A stretch of DNA of 63,799 bases, filler included, from Atractiella rhizophila (GCA_021432655.1; 48 parts of 48 records of this genome joined end to end with filler, not necessarily neighbours in it), one strand, 5' to 3'. Positions 25,671 through 39,553 are shown, numbered from the whole stretch's first letter. Notes: a model not told the origin generated them from the sequence alone. Made by a program: numbers and translations.

Positions 25671-27162
25671 NNNNNNNNNNNNNNNNNNNNNNNNNNNNNN
25701 NNNNNNNNNNNNNNTTAATTAATTAANNNNNNNNNNNNNNNNNNNNNNNNNNNNNNNNNNNNNNNNNNNNGCAGATGACCCCATGACAGCTCATTGACAT
25801 TTTCCTCGAGCCGACCGACCATCTCTGCGCACAGCTGGTGATTCCCAACAAGTTTATTAACGATTGACCCAAGCAGTCTTCTTTGAGATAGTGTCCGTCG
25901 TAATCCGCTGGCTTAACCTTCGCATGGCAGATTTGGCAACTCTGGTCACCCCGTGACAAGATCGCAATTACCTTGACTAGTTCTACTCTTGAACCGTTAC
26001 CACTTATACCTTTTTCCCTAGTACAACTCAGCATTTCGCTGCCCTTTCCAATGTCAGACCAGCTCCAGTTCTCACCAAGCTTCCCTTGGTATATTCAGGC
26101 AATCCAGGATTGACAGCGTTCGGTGCCTTCTCATACGCCTTGTACTCCGTATCCACAGTCTTGACCCAAAGAGTTTGTTGGTCCCTCATGACCTGATTAC
26201 TCGCCTCTACGACTTTGAGAAGTGTGAGGGCTTGGTTGGAGTCCAATGCGAGGTTAACTTGTTGATTTAACATTTCGAAGAAGATGACGGAGCCAGTCAA
26301 AGAGTATTTGCTGTCGCCATCTTTGCTGGGCTCGCTCGGCTTCTCGATCTGTAAAGCCTTTGGTTTCGGTCTTCATCAAGTTATTGTTCCATTCAGTCAT
26401 CTCCTTGACAATCACATTGAGATCTCATGGATGACTATCTCAAGTTTTCTCCGCCCGGAGCGGCGTCGGAGCGGCGCTTTTGGATCAGTTTAAAGTTACC
26501 GTGATCAGTTTTTCGAAACTGATCAGGTAGCCGGTAACCGACTCATGCCGTCAACAGTTTCTTGGAACGAACGACGAGGTTGAGCATCACTGAAATAGGG
26601 ATAGGGAATAAGGGAGAGTATTTTGAGTACGGGGAGATATTGATTTGAGTGATTTCGTGTTGGAGAACGTTTTCGCTTAGGCAGAGCTGAGGTATGTGTT
26701 CCCGATTCTGGTGGATACGGGTGTAAGGCTTCTCTTCTGTTCCTTTCTTCGCTCTACGATGGGAGGAAGTTTGAGGACTTCAACTCGAAATGTGGACTCT
26801 TGCCTCCTATGCTTTTGCATTAACGCACCCATTCCGGAGATCAAAGACAATCCAGATTCGATTGATTGACGAACCGCCGAATACCAATTCGAAATAACTC
26901 GAAATCACCACTGGTCAAGTTACCAATGAAATTGAGCTTCTGGGCTATCACAATGTCTTGATGGATTGTTAATGGTGTCGACTTGAAGTCCCTCCTCTAA
27001 CTATCTCAANNNNNNNNNNNNNNNNNNNNNNNNNNNNNNNNNNNNNNNNNNNNTTAATTAATTAANNNNNNNNNNNNNNNNNNNNNNNNNNNNNNNNNNN
27101 NNNNNNNNNTTATTTGGGTCATGAGACGCCAGTCATGCTCATGAGGCGTTGTGCATGATGTA

Positions 27163-28348
27163 GTGGAGCTACTACTACATCTCACCGACTCCTTGTGGGT
27201 ACAAACACGTCAGGACAAGAGCCAAACTACCTTCAAATCTATAGGCTTAACATGGAGCGGAGTGATGCGGACGGTGCTGAGATGGGGTTCGAAGAATATG
27301 ACCCTGAAAAACAAGGTAGGCGTCTCACAACACATGGAAGATGCTGATTGTTATTTGCTCCGCAGAGCTATCCGGCACAAATAGTCAGCCAAACAAGCTT
27401 CGTCTACTCCAGTCCATCCCTCACCCAACGGAGGTCAATCGCGCCCGTTATATGCCCCAGAATCCAGACCTCATTGCCACCAAAACAGCCGCTCTGGATA
27501 CGCTCCGTGCAGATGTGCTTATTTATGACCGAACAAAGCATCCCAGCCAGCCTCCTCCGGAAGGTTTGTCAGGTGGTGGCATTGGAGCACAGATGAGACT
27601 GAAGGGGCATACTCGAGAAGGGTCCGTCATTCCACGTCCCGTGCGTAAAAAGCAAATTTTAGGGTGCACAGTTACGGTTTGGCATGGAACGCGACGTCTG
27701 CAGGAGAAGGGCATTTGATTAGTGGAGGTGAGGATGCGACAGTGGTTCATTGGTAATGTTCACTCTATTTGAACCTCAGATCTGACCCTGATAAAAGGGA
27801 CATCAAAAATTACAAAACTTCAAATGCTGCGTTGGGTATGGATCCACTCGGCATCTATAAAGGTCACACTGGTTATGTCAACGTGATAACCATCTTCTAA
27901 TTTGTTCTCACGATTAACTGACATGTGCACAAGGACGTTGGATGGCACAACTCTCAGCCGACAATATTCGGTTCCGCTGGTGATGATGGAAAATTTTTTA
28001 TGTACACTTCTCTCTCGAGACCGCAGGAAACATTCTGACTTGTGTGATTAGATGGGATTATCGTGTTCCTCCAGATGCCGCACCTCTAGCTCCAAAACAC
28101 GCTTTACCTCAATCAAACGTTCCTTTCACGTCTCTGTCTTTCTCCCCGCATACCCAACACCACTTCTTGGTTTCCACGGCTGAGTCCATCCTCCTTCACG
28201 ACCTTCGCTTCCTCACCTCCTCTCAAAACTTTAAATCTCTTCACACCTTCACTCCAACCGACAATGTCCCTATGTTCAAGGACGCCACTGCACCAGCAAT
28301 CCAGTCGGTGATTTGGTCTCCAACCGAGGAAACGGTCTTTGCCAGTTC
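27163..28348 (+). CDS. HAT2: WD40 histone-binding protein RBBP4/Hat2/Msi1 family, partial
   Basis: HRLLVGTNTSGQEPNYLQI, EVNRARYMPQNPDLIATK, YDRTKHPS, LKGHTREG|YGLAWN and GHTGYVN|DVGWH. Confidence 0.92.
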
Positions 28349-28448
28349 NNNNNNNNNNNNNNNNNNNNNNNNNNNNNNNNNNNNNNNNNNNNTTAATTAA
28401 TTAANNNNNNNNNNNNNNNNNNNNNNNNNNNNNNNNNNNNNNNNNNNN

Positions 28449-28574
28449 TGGTTCCTTTTTCTTATTACTCAGCTTTTATGCTATAAAATAACTTCCCCTG
28501 CAAGTGTGAGACCCAGAGTTTTGATTGGTCTCGCACCTTGCAGCACCTTGCAGTCCCGCTGGCCCCACCGCTCA
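28449..28574 (+). mobile_element. 3' part of an LTR-like repeat related to family A (no GT-AG insert)
   Basis: TATAAAA (28482), then CCTGCAAGTGTGAGAC as in the 44394-44579 LTR, then TTGGTCTCGCACCTTGCAG as in the 45494-45602 copy. The right boundary is uncertain. Confidence 0.55.
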
Positions 28575-29799
28575 TAATCTTTATCAGAAGGGACAGGTAG
28601 TAATTGACTTTACACATTGCCTCAATTTGCATCATTTTGTTGTGGGATGCCAGTGGTTGTGCAGGTGTCTCCTCATCATGGCTGTTGATATTTTCAAGGG
28701 GGGACAGAAGAGTTATCAACCTCATTCAGCTTGACCCACAGGACTCAGAAAGCTGCAAGTCCTTGTCTTCTTCCTCCGATATCAGCTAGAGTGGGGTGCC
28801 AATGGGAGAAGGCACGATGAATTGGTTTGTCATCATCCTCCAAATCTGAAGCGACTTGACTCGTGAGATTTCAGCAAATGGTAATGAGAGGTGAGTTACC
28901 CTATTTAACTCCGTCTTAGAAAGTAAACACAAGAAGAGCAATGTGCATACACCATTGTAGTCAACCTTTGAGAATAGGATGCTGCATGCAGAATCTTCAA
29001 CTCATCAAACCCAGGGATCTCTTTGTGTCTACAGAGATCAATTCACGTCGGAAGTGGGACACAAAATAGACACACACTCAGACTCCTTGTACCTTCTCCT
29101 TTTCACTCGCTAATAGCTGTACCGTCCTCATTGTTCCTCTTCGCAAGGTCCACGGATGTTCTGATTCTCTTGCGTAAGATTGACATTCTTGAGCAGGGTA
29201 GGGATGGGTGGCGGTTCAGATAAACTGGGAGAAGCATCATTGGGCTGCTGAGATTTATAAGACTGAGGCTGAAGCTGCAAATTAACAAGTTGGAACAAGT
29301 TTGAAGGCAACCCGACGTGATATGATACCGTTGATCTGTCCTTGAAACCTGCCGACATCCATATGAACAGAATCATATATCGAATCGTATCGTAAACAGC
29401 AACTCAAGAGCGCTCGATACGCATTGGGGGTTGAATCGTGGTCGAAAGAAGATTCTTCGCTTCGCTTCAGGTATCGGAGTCGGCGTGGTAAGTACGGTTC
29501 GGGTTCGAGAGCCATCCTTATATATAAAGCACGACGGGTTTTTAGCATGACTCACGCATGTACTTTTGAGCACTTCTCTCACCACCCACAACTACCCTAC
29601 CAGTAGTCTGAGCATACCATCAGAATACGCGTGTCGGCGCCTTTCGAACCGTATACAACAAAGCCTATTTGAAAGACGAAAAAAAAANNNNNNNNNNNNN
29701 NNNNNNNNNNNNNNNNNNNNNNNNNNNNNNNTTAATTAATTAANNNNNNNNNNNNNNNNNNNNNNNNNNNNNNNNNNNNNNNNNNNNGGAAAGACGTAC

Positions 29800-30082
29800 C
29801 TTCGTCAAACCTCCTCCTTTCTTCCTCCACCAATTTCTCATCCTTAATCACGACTTTCGCTTTCGCGACTTTCTTTTTCTGTCCAATCACCCGCGCTGCA
29901 GCAGGGACGGTCAAATCCACCACCTTGTCGCCCCCAATTCGCCGCTCAGGCTCCTCCTCCACCTGCACTTGGGCAGCATCGTCGTTCTCTGAATCTGAAG
30001 TATCGCTCGCTGGGAGAGTCGCCCCCTTCCCTTTCCTATAACGTGTGGCGGCGCGGGTGGGTGCTACTGCTGGTGGAGGCAT
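29800..30082 (-). CDS. MFAP1/Spp381-type splicing factor, first exon
   Basis: MPPP..RAATRYRKGKG..SDTSDSEND matches the MFAP1 N-terminal 'RYxxGKxP..SD' pattern. Donor GTACGT follows. Confidence 0.6.
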
Positions 30083-31126
30083 TCTCAAGTGTGGCTGAAG
30101 AGGATGAGCAGGAGACGTCAAATCTTATCTCTCAAACCTCACCATCACGTGTTATTTTCGCGCTTTCAGCAAAAGGAATGATACCTCTCTAATAAGGATC
30201 TACGGTGAAGCTTTCAAGCTTGTGGAGCGTGTTGCATTTTGCGTAATATGACGTGTCTGGTCTCTCTCTATCTTCTATTCAGCTGTTGGCAATCTTCCTT
30301 TCTGGTCGTCGCTCGCCAATTTCAAGTTACAAAGGGAGTGCGAAACTATGCCAACTGTTCGCGATTATCTAAGTCTGAGCGCTGAGCGCTGAGTTGTTGC
30401 AGATACTCAAGAAATCTCGTGGCCACTTTGGCAGTGGCTGGTGTGTCTCGCTTCCAAACGTCAACGTCCCCACTTCATGTGATAGGAAGGTATGAGCTGG
30501 ACGAATCAAGGAAAGGGAACAAGTTTTGCAACATCGACGGAGGACGGTCATTGACCTTCTTGCGAACAGGTCGCGATTGAGCAGGGGTGCAACCTACTGC
30601 TCTGGATTGAGAAGCGAGAGAGCCCCAAATTCTTCCTCCAAATCCACCCGTTTGGGCGGCCGACCATCTCATTATTCAGCTTCCTCCATATTGAAGAGCA
30701 TCTTATCCAAACAGATCATTTACACGGGAGCAGTCGCGAAGAAGAAAACTCGGGACATCCAACCCGCTCATGAGCCTCAGGTCCCAGTTCCGTGTACGAA
30801 CACCGTACTACCTCCGCGATCAAACCTATCCCCCACGATCCTTTGTGCCCCTGAGTGCGGAAGTAAGTATGTACATTGGTGCTTTCTTGGCTGTTCGTTG
30901 GAGCTTCTGGAGATCTTTCATGCCCATGGACATGGGGAGAATCGAAGTTTTCGGACGGATGGTTTGGCATGGTCATGTTGGTCGTCGATTGCGGGGGAGC
31001 ATCCTCCTCTCCCGAGGACGCCCGCANNNNNNNNNNNNNNNNNNNNNNNNNNNNNNNNNNNNNNNNNNNNTTAATTAATTAANNNNNNNNNNNNNNNNNN
31101 NNNNNNNNNNNNNNNNNNNNNNNNNN

Positions 31127-31514
31127 TAGAGGCTGGTGCTGCGGTTGTATTAGGATGTAAAACAACGAATGAAGGCATGTCATTTCCTCCCTGCACACGA
31201 ACTCATCTTTGATAACCATATTCTCAGGCCATGTATGTCTACCCGATCTCCTCTCCCTCCTCGCAAATCCCCCTCCGCCCCTCTCTCCCATACATTCGAT
31301 AATGGTTGAAGGCGGTTCTCGCGTCATACGATCGTTCCTTCAATCCCGCCTCGTCGATCTTCTCATTATCACTATTGCCCCTGTTCTCGTCGGCGCCAAC
31401 GGAGTCCAGGGTTTTGCGTGGGATGGAAGCGAGGAGACGATACCCAAATTGGAAAGTTTGGGAAACCTCTTGTTGGGCAATGATGTTGTGATGGCTTACA
31501 AGACGACACTATAG
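31127..31514 (+). CDS. RIB7: Rib7 pyrimidine reductase (RibD C-terminal domain), 3' part
   Basis: IHSIMVEGGSRVIRSFL..LVDLLIITIAPVLVG...LGNDVV. Confidence 0.9.
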
Positions 31515-32042
31515 CATGGTCCCAGCCTACTAACTGAGTGTGTCGCTTGGCAACCTGTCTCGTAACCCAAGCGTGGAATCGAAATGGAGTGTCAAGATAT
31601 TTTTCAGCTTCAGGTTCATTAGCTATCCTCAGCTATCAGAAAGACCAGGAACGAACTTTTGATGTGTACATCATGATGCAGACTCTTCTGAGCTGGCTCG
31701 AATGGGAAAAATCACTGGTCTCATCTCTGTATCTTGCCGCCAGTTTGCGCTGGCTTGAAACGGCTTATCGGAATTTTGGTTGAGAAATAGTTTACATACG
31801 ATGTAGCCATTTGCAGCCACCCGAGTTTGACGTCGATTGCGATTGTCCTGCTTCGTTATTATGAGGAGTAGACACATATACGTTCCATAGTTCAAGTACG
31901 AGTTACTGGAAAACGACACCGGAGTAGTAAAGTAAGCGACACTAGGTGTATGAGAAGTCGACATATACTAGTGATGTCATTCTCATTCACACGCCCGCCC
32001 ATAGAAGCAGACAAGAGAGTAGAATGCAATCAGCGCTTCCAT

Positions 32043-32287
32043 TCACACTTTGAGTCCCTCCAAGAATCCTTGCAACCACTTATCCTCCTCTGGCTGCTCA
32101 AAACAAAGGCATTAGCTCCTTCCTTTGAGACACAGTAAAAGAGTGTAATCAGACACACCTTGTAGTACCTCCTCTTCCTCAATCCCGTCGCCTCCAGAAC
32201 CGCCGTTTCCTTCTGTATCGCACGGCCTCCAAGTTCAGTCTCATTCAAACCACGATAAATGAGGGCTCGAGCGGCAGGATGGAGCTG
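32043..32287 (-). CDS. Hypothetical protein, last two exons
   Basis: LHPAARALIYRG...RKRRYYK | GTGTGT..GCTAAT..CAG intron | PEEDKWLQGFLEGLKV*. Confidence 0.5.
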
Positions 32288-34214
32288 TCACAAACGGGAG
32301 ATCAAAAGGCGTCAGTGCTTAAAGTTGAACCTACTTTCACTTCATTCTCCTTCTCCTCGNNNNNNNNNNNNNNNNNNNNNNNNNNNNNNNNNNNNNNNNN
32401 NNNTTAATTAATTAANNNNNNNNNNNNNNNNNNNNNNNNNNNNNNNNNNNNNNNNNNNNTCATCTTGAGATAAAAGACTCGAGCGATGGGTATTCGATGG
32501 CCTACATTCCCGGCGTTCGCATGGAAGCTGTTCAATCCCGTTAGCCACACTCAGCGCTGAACAACTCCACAGCTCGAATCGTGGGCAGGAACTCCATAAC
32601 CCAATGGTAGCATCAGATGAAGAGCAGAAACGATCTCGCAACTCAATCCAAGCAGCAAAACAAAGAGAGAGGCTGACAACTCGAACGTAGCGCCAGAAAC
32701 GAAACTTCAAAACAGCCGAATACTGAACCGCAAGAACAAACAAGTAATCCAGCATGAAAGACGTACAACAAGACCGTCGGATAATTGCGTGCAACTCGAT
32801 TGGCATCCATCTCCCTCTCCCCTGTCGTCCTCCCACCCTGTAAGATAAAGTATGAGTGCAGTTTGACCTTGTCCGGTGTCGTCAGCCTGTCTCGTAACTT
32901 CTTTCAGTCACAGATGCTTGGCGAGGATGAGGGAATGGGGGACAGACCAGATTTCTTCGTATGGGAGGTCAAGGTCGGCTGGCGTGGGGACTTCCGTGCG
33001 GGATCCTGGTGTCGCGTGTTACAACATTCCGCTCTGATGCATCCTACTCTTTGACAAGGAGATCGTACCTTCTGGGATCGAGGCGGGGTATATGAGCGAG
33101 TCTTGCCCTGTTCATCCCACCACGGTATCATATTCACCCTCCTCCCTCCATTGAGAGTAGCGTGAGAGACGCACCGTAGTACAGGGCTCCACCTAACGCC
33201 GCGCCTGGACGAAATATTATTCATGTCACAACTGCGATCACAATGCAATTGGGAAAGCTACCTGAGAGCACAGCGGTGGTCCCTAAACACAAACATCGGA
33301 ATAAGCATCAGGATGAATGAGTATGAGAGCATAAGGAGGGAGAATCGTGCCGATCATCTTCAGATACCTGAGGTAATAATCCATTGTTCCACCCAAACTG
33401 GAACTCTTCTCCTCGGACGGCTCCAGCTTGGCTCCTGATTCTCTGTCGTCTGCTTAAGTGTAATAGTGTCTGATAATCCGTAAGCGCGTTATCAGAGCGT
33501 ATTTACAGTCTGACGTAGAATTGCTGTTCTGCCCTGACGAGATGCTTCCGAATTCGAAAGCTTTGTTTACCCGCAGCAAACGTTATTCTATACCTTTGTT
33601 CCGTTAACCAATGTCGCATGACCAAGTTTAGCCAGGAATTCAAAGGATGGAACAGAGCTAATGTGGCTTGAAGGGGCGATGAAATGAGTAGNNNNNNNNN
33701 NNNNNNNNNNNNNNNNNNNNNNNNNNNNNNNNNNNTTAATTAATTAANNNNNNNNNNNNNNNNNNNNNNNNNNNNNNNNNNNNNNNNNNNNGGTTGAGAC
33801 AAGATCTTAGTAGCCCATGCAAAAAAGGCAATGTCACCACTTCTGATATATCTGATAACCAGTAACGCTCACCGCTGTCCCAAAAACTCCAATTCCCCTC
33901 CAAATCCAGTCCCAAATCTCACCTTTATGATCGAGCCCATCATCGTTTGACGTTTGACGCTGTGGCACGCGCAGCCGCGCGGCTCCTGCGGCGCCTCCCA
34001 GTTGTTCCCTAATAAAGCCAGAATCGTCCCAAATCGTCCAAAATCCCAAACCGAACTTGACAGGGAATAAACCCTCGAAGCTGTGATTCTTGCACGACGT
34101 TGAGGAGTCGACAGCACCGGGACAATTGCGGTTAAATCAGCCAGTGACTGTTCTTCCCCTTGCTCGTTTGTCTCCAGCTCCATTTGGCTAATATAATCTT
34201 ATTCAGTTTGCGAC

Positions 34215-35021
34215 ATGATAGGTCACACGCCGACCAAGAGCACCCTGGAACAAGCCCTTCAGGAACTCGAAAACTTTTGGGTCAAATACCATGCCCTCTG
34301 CTTTCAGGGGTTGGATCAAGACGCCATCGACCTCAGGGAACTGCTCACAACGATCCAACTTTCAGTTTCTGGGCAGCTGAAATTTCGTTTCATGAAAAAT
34401 GAGTGAGTTACTTCTCCCTGTCTCTATCGGGTTCAACCGATCTGGTGTCCCTAGGAAAATCCGGTGCAAATTATACGAAGGAACAAAAGAGGCACTGGAG
34501 AAATCATTCAACACTCAAGAGGAGGCTCCTGATGAACCCTTGGGTGCTGAATGTGCTGTAACCGGAAAATCCGCCACGACCAGCCCAACATTGACTGATT
34601 TATCCCCTTTCGAATGCCTGCCTGATGAGTTGGTTGAGATGGTGTTCGAACAACTGGCATATACTTCGGGGCTGCGGGATCGTGGCCTTCTGCACCCTTA
34701 CCTTTTCTTGTCTCGTCGTCTCTACCGTATCGTAAGTCTCGCCTTCCATTTCACTACGGGCTGAATGAGAGAATATCGTGCAAAGGTCCTTCCACTCCTA
34801 TACCGCTATCCAATCTTCATCAGAGACAGGAACCTCGCGCTGCTAGAGGTCTGGTTGCCTCGCTTTTCTAACATTTCGCCGGAGCTTCGCTGTGCGATCC
34901 GAGAATTAACAATCGAGGTTGATTTAGGTCTTAAATACTTGACGCCCGTTTATCTTGCCATTCTCACGTATTGCCTTCCACACTTACATTCTCTCAGGCT
35001 ATTTCAGTGGGTCGAATCATA
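34215..35021 (+). CDS. F-box-like protein, 3'-partial, 3 exons
   Basis: LSPFECLPDELVEMVFEQL...LFLSRRLYRI|VLPLLYR. Donors GTGAGT and GTAAGT. Confidence 0.65.
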
Positions 35022-35121
35022 NNNNNNNNNNNNNNNNNNNNNNNNNNNNNNNNNNNNNNNNNNNNTTAATTAATTAANNNNNNNNNNNNNNNNNNNNNNN
35101 NNNNNNNNNNNNNNNNNNNNN

Positions 35122-36349
35122 TCATTAAGTACATGTGGTCGGCAGCAGGATACGTACTCATCGCCCTACCCGTCTTCCTCGAAGAGGTAGTAGGCATACC
35201 CATGTCTTCCCATGCCTCCCCCTTCTCTGGGGGAGATGAGAAGGTGGATGGAGGGTCCGAAGCTCGCGTGGCCAAACGAACCGAGAGTGCGTTGTGCCTG
35301 CCTCAATCTCTTTTCAATCTTCTAGAATTACAAGTTAAATCTGATGACGGTGTCTGGTACAGATTATATCTCGAATCGTCGCCTCCTACTCTCCCTCTCC
35401 GACGCCGGAGGTCGTCTCATGTATTCATACAAGGACCTAGCCGAGCTCGCAGGATACACTCAACGCGTCTTCACCTTCCTCGAGACGTTGCATCGGCTCA
35501 GATCGTCGACCTACACCCCCGCCGGGTACAAAATGGAGGAAAGAGGAGCGGAGAGGAGGAGAAAGAACGAGTTCGCGTTGGATACCATAAATGGGACGAT
35601 TGTCGTGGAACAGAGCGGAGAAGACGAGGAAGTCGTGTTTGAGAACGTACCCGTCGTCGCCCCCGCGCCATTGAAGGTAGAGATTGGAAATGGGACGACG
35701 GCGAAGACAGAGACGGGGAAAGCGGCGGATGGGGAAGAGGAAGGTTTGTTGGAGGGGGAAGGAGGGAGGAGGTTTGGAGAGGTCTTGGTGGAGAGTTTGA
35801 GCTTCAAAGTTCGAGAAGGAGAACATCTGCTCATCAGCGGACCGAACGGGAGCGGCAAATCTTCTATCGGTCGTCTCCTAGGAGGATTGTGGCCTGTCTT
35901 CGAGGGAGTGGTGAGGAGGCCGAAGGACGCGAAGGCGACCAGGTTCGCTAAAGGAGAGAAAAAGGAGAATGAGGGTATCATGTTCATCCCACAAAGACCT
36001 TACCTCTCCCTTGGCAGTCTGAGAGATCAGGTTATATATCCAGACAGCTATCCTGAGATGGTGGCCAAGGGACTGACGGATTCGGACCTGATTGGGATAC
36101 TGGAGAAGGTGCATTTGGAGTATCTGGTTGAGAGGGAGGGCGGGTTTGAGACGAGGAAGGAGTGGAAGGACGTCCTCAGGTATATCCTCCCTTCCAATCC
36201 CTATCCACATGCATAAATTGATGATGCCTGGTGGGTGGCCATAGCGGCGGAGAGAAACAGCGGATCAACCTCGCTCGTCTCTTCTACTTTCGTCCCAAAT
36301 TCGCAGTCCTAGACGAAGCCACCTCTGCCGTCTCCTCGGACGTGGAGGG
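35122..36349 (+). CDS. PXA1: Peroxisomal ABCD half-transporter Pxa1, internal fragment
   Basis: [30 protein letters not shown], Walker [10 protein letters not shown], signature L|SGGEKQR and Walker [11 protein letters not shown]. Confidence 0.93.
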
Positions 36350-36449
36350 NNNNNNNNNNNNNNNNNNNNNNNNNNNNNNNNNNNNNNNNNNNNTTAATTA
36401 ATTAANNNNNNNNNNNNNNNNNNNNNNNNNNNNNNNNNNNNNNNNNNNN

Positions 36450-37676
36450 CGAGTGAACCAGAGAGCTCATGCTCTCACACCCCCCCTCACTCGGTGCCCC
36501 AAGAAACCAGCACGAGAAAACTCCGAAAGTAAAGTAGAACAATGGTGAAGTATTAATGAGAAGTAAACACCATGTAATGAAAGTAAACGAAAGACCAATA
36601 CAACCGGATAGCAAAAAATGTCAATACGAAAAGGTAATGAACCAGAACAGTAATGAAATTTAATAAATCCGACAGCACAAATGAGCGTGAATATCTATGT
36701 ATGATGTATGTCAAACCATTCAGGAATCCAGTAATCCTAAGTGAGAGCATAATTTCCAGTGTTGCAAGTGCGATATGCCCTTCGTCATCACATCCGCTAT
36801 CATCTCCTGTGTTGGTATCCATGTCAGTACCACCTCACCTTTACTGACCCTTTCGCGGGTAAAATGGTAGTGAACGTCAACATGTTTCGTTCTGCTGTGG
36901 TTAGAAGGGTGTTTGGCCAAAGTGAGGGCTCCTTGGTTGTCGCCTTTGATCGTCGTAGGTGCATTCTGAGGGAAACCTAGCTCAGTCAGCAACGCCCGTA
37001 ACCAAATAGCCTCCCTGGCTGCCGATGATAGTGCTATGTATTCTGCTTCCATAGATGAGATCGCTACGGTCGGTTGCATCTTGGATATCCAAGATATCGC
37101 AGATCTCCCCAGTCTGAACACAATCCCTGAGATCGATCTCCTGGAATCAACATCAGACGCATGGTCAGAATCAGAAAAGCCTTCTATTGAAGTGGAGCCT
37201 GTACTGTCCCAAATCAGTCTAAAATGCAAAGTCGCAGCAAGATATCTGAAGATCCTCTGCACACATGCCCAATGTCGACGACCAGGATTCGAGTTGAATC
37301 GAGCTGCACGATTGACCGCGAACAGTATGTCCGGTCTGGTGTTTACTGCCGCATATATCAGTGCCCCAACTGCCTCTCTGTACGGTTTCTTCTGCATGTA
37401 CTCACGTTCTTCATCTGAATCGGGTGCCCACTCTTTCGATACCTTCTCATCCACATCGCAGGGAGTCTTGACGTGACTGCAATCAGTCATGCGAAAACGC
37501 TCAAGACACTTCTTGATGTAACTCTCCTGATCTAAAGCTACAATGCTGTTAGTCTCGTCCCAAACTATCCTCATCCCCAAGAAGTTACCAACGGCAGACG
37601 TGGTGATCCTGAACTTTGACCGAAGTAAATCGAACAATGCGTCAATCAAGTTGCGGGACGAAGCAGCAACCAATCC
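36450..37676 (-). mobile_element. Ty1/Copia 3' end: intact RT C-terminus plus RNase H (stop 36720), PPT (36480-36492) and start of the 3' LTR (36479 leftward)
   Basis: PYREAVGAL, TRPDI, GFSDSD, SSMEAEY, DNQGA, RTKHVDVHYHF and ADVMTK. GAGTGAGGGGGGG directly precedes TGTGAGAGC on the minus strand. Confidence 0.97.
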
Positions 37677-39375
37677 NNNNNNNNNNNNNNNNNNNNNNNN
37701 NNNNNNNNNNNNNNNNNNNNTTAATTAATTAANNNNNNNNNNNNNNNNNNNNNNNNNNNNNNNNNNNNNNNNNNNNATCGAGTTTCAAAATGAAGCTGGT
37801 GCGTTCCTACCACGTCTCGCTTGATGATAATACTGATGGACTGAATGCATGCAGGAACAGAATGATCGGATAGACTCGACTTGGTGGAACCCGGTTTGTA
37901 CTTTTGAAGTTCGTGTGCTTCGTGATGATGTTGTATCCTTATACCCATAATGCGCTTGTTCGAATCACATTGTGTCTCAGTTCAGTTGAATGACAGTTGC
38001 ATCCCGTACATCTGATGAACATTCAAATATTCAAACCTTCGACTCGATTCTACAATAAGGAACCTAAGGTAAACGTAAGATCCTCACAACTATTCAACAT
38101 ATGAGTCAGGTACGTTCTTCCATCTCGTACCGCCTAATTGTACTTGCTTTGCTTGAACGTCGAATCACAAATCTTTCTGGAAACGACATGGATTCGTTGG
38201 TAAACTGAACTGTATTATATTCAATCGCTGCCGTCAAAGCTGCATCTAGCAACTCAGTAATCATAATCAAAGCTTGCCACTCTTTCGACATTGAAAGTCC
38301 TCCACATCTCATGGATGTAAACGATCAAAGATCATAATGTTCGAAAGAATCGACAGAATGGCGGACTGGCGAATGGTGCTTGGTGCCTGCACATATGCCG
38401 TCTGGACCACCTAAACGCTGCTAACTCAGGGAGTCTGAACCTCCCATTACTGTCGACTTGTCCCCAAGACGAAAGATGCTAAACTCCAGAAAGCAGACAG
38501 GTCTTGGTCTACGAGGAGGGTAATAATGTAATGGTCGCGATGACACAGCCTTTCCCTATCCCGTATATGGATCAGTGGTAATGCCAAGTTTACGCAAATT
38601 CCAAACTTGTTTATTGTAAACAAGCCCTTCGCAATTCGAACCGCAGATTGATCTCACCTGCTGGAAAAGACCACGCAATCACGGTCTGCTTTAATGGATA
38701 TCAAATGTGAACAGCCTTTGATGTATTGATGGGAAGGAGTCAATGACGACGTTTCAGACTATTCATTCTCCAGCTTCAATGCTGCAATCTTCCACAGCAG
38801 GGCTTAACAAACCGTCGACATTCGCCGCAGGGGCATGCTTGAGGGCAAATGAAGTACGAAGTACTATTCAAATGGAACATTCATCGATTTACAATACTTA
38901 GAGATAGAAATATACAACCTGCACAAGAAACCAGTCAGTCTCATTCTCTCCGTACATCATACCAAGTTACAATAAGGAACGAGAAGGGTTGATCAGAGTA
39001 AGNNNNNNNNNNNNNNNNNNNNNNNNNNNNNNNNNNNNNNNNNNNNTTAATTAATTAANNNNNNNNNNNNNNNNNNNNNNNNNNNNNNNNNNNNNNNNNN
39101 NNAGAATTCCTGGCTAGCTATTGTTTGATATCGGTTGAGAGTAGCACAAGCATCTGATGGATTGGGGAGAGAATGTGTGAGGGTGTGGTGTGAATAGGGG
39201 CTGGAAGACTCGAAGAGGGGAGTGATTCGATAACTTGGTGGGAACTTGGTGGTTTTCGATTGAAAAAATCAAATGAGGTGCATTGATGTAGATGGAAAAT
39301 GGAACGCCGGGGGAGTGCATATCTATTTGAAGAGATATTTCACAGATTTGATAGAGATGCACAGTTCAACATTTA

Positions 39376-39553
39376 TATGAGCCACTTCCATTTGTGGCTC
39401 TTAGTCTTTCACTAGTTTTGTTTCCTTGCAGTTTTTACGCGTCTTGCTGAGTTCCTTCAGGTATAAAAAGCCCATTAATATTTCATTGAAAAGCATTCCT
39501 TTCAGACCCTGGAATTAACACATTCGTCTAGATTTTCTTCATGCAATCTCACA
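39376..39553 (+). mobile_element. Diverged family C LTR-like repeat
   Basis: Shares GCCACT..CATTTGTGGCTCT and GAGTTCCTT.AGGTATAAAA with 12089-12203 and ends CTCACA. The left boundary is uncertain and there is no TSD. Confidence 0.45.

Noticed and set aside
33460..33508. Imperfect hairpin around TCTGATAA/TTATCAGA (also TGATCAGTTT/AAACTGATCA near 26500)
   Set aside because: Short and isolated, with no box motifs or second copy.
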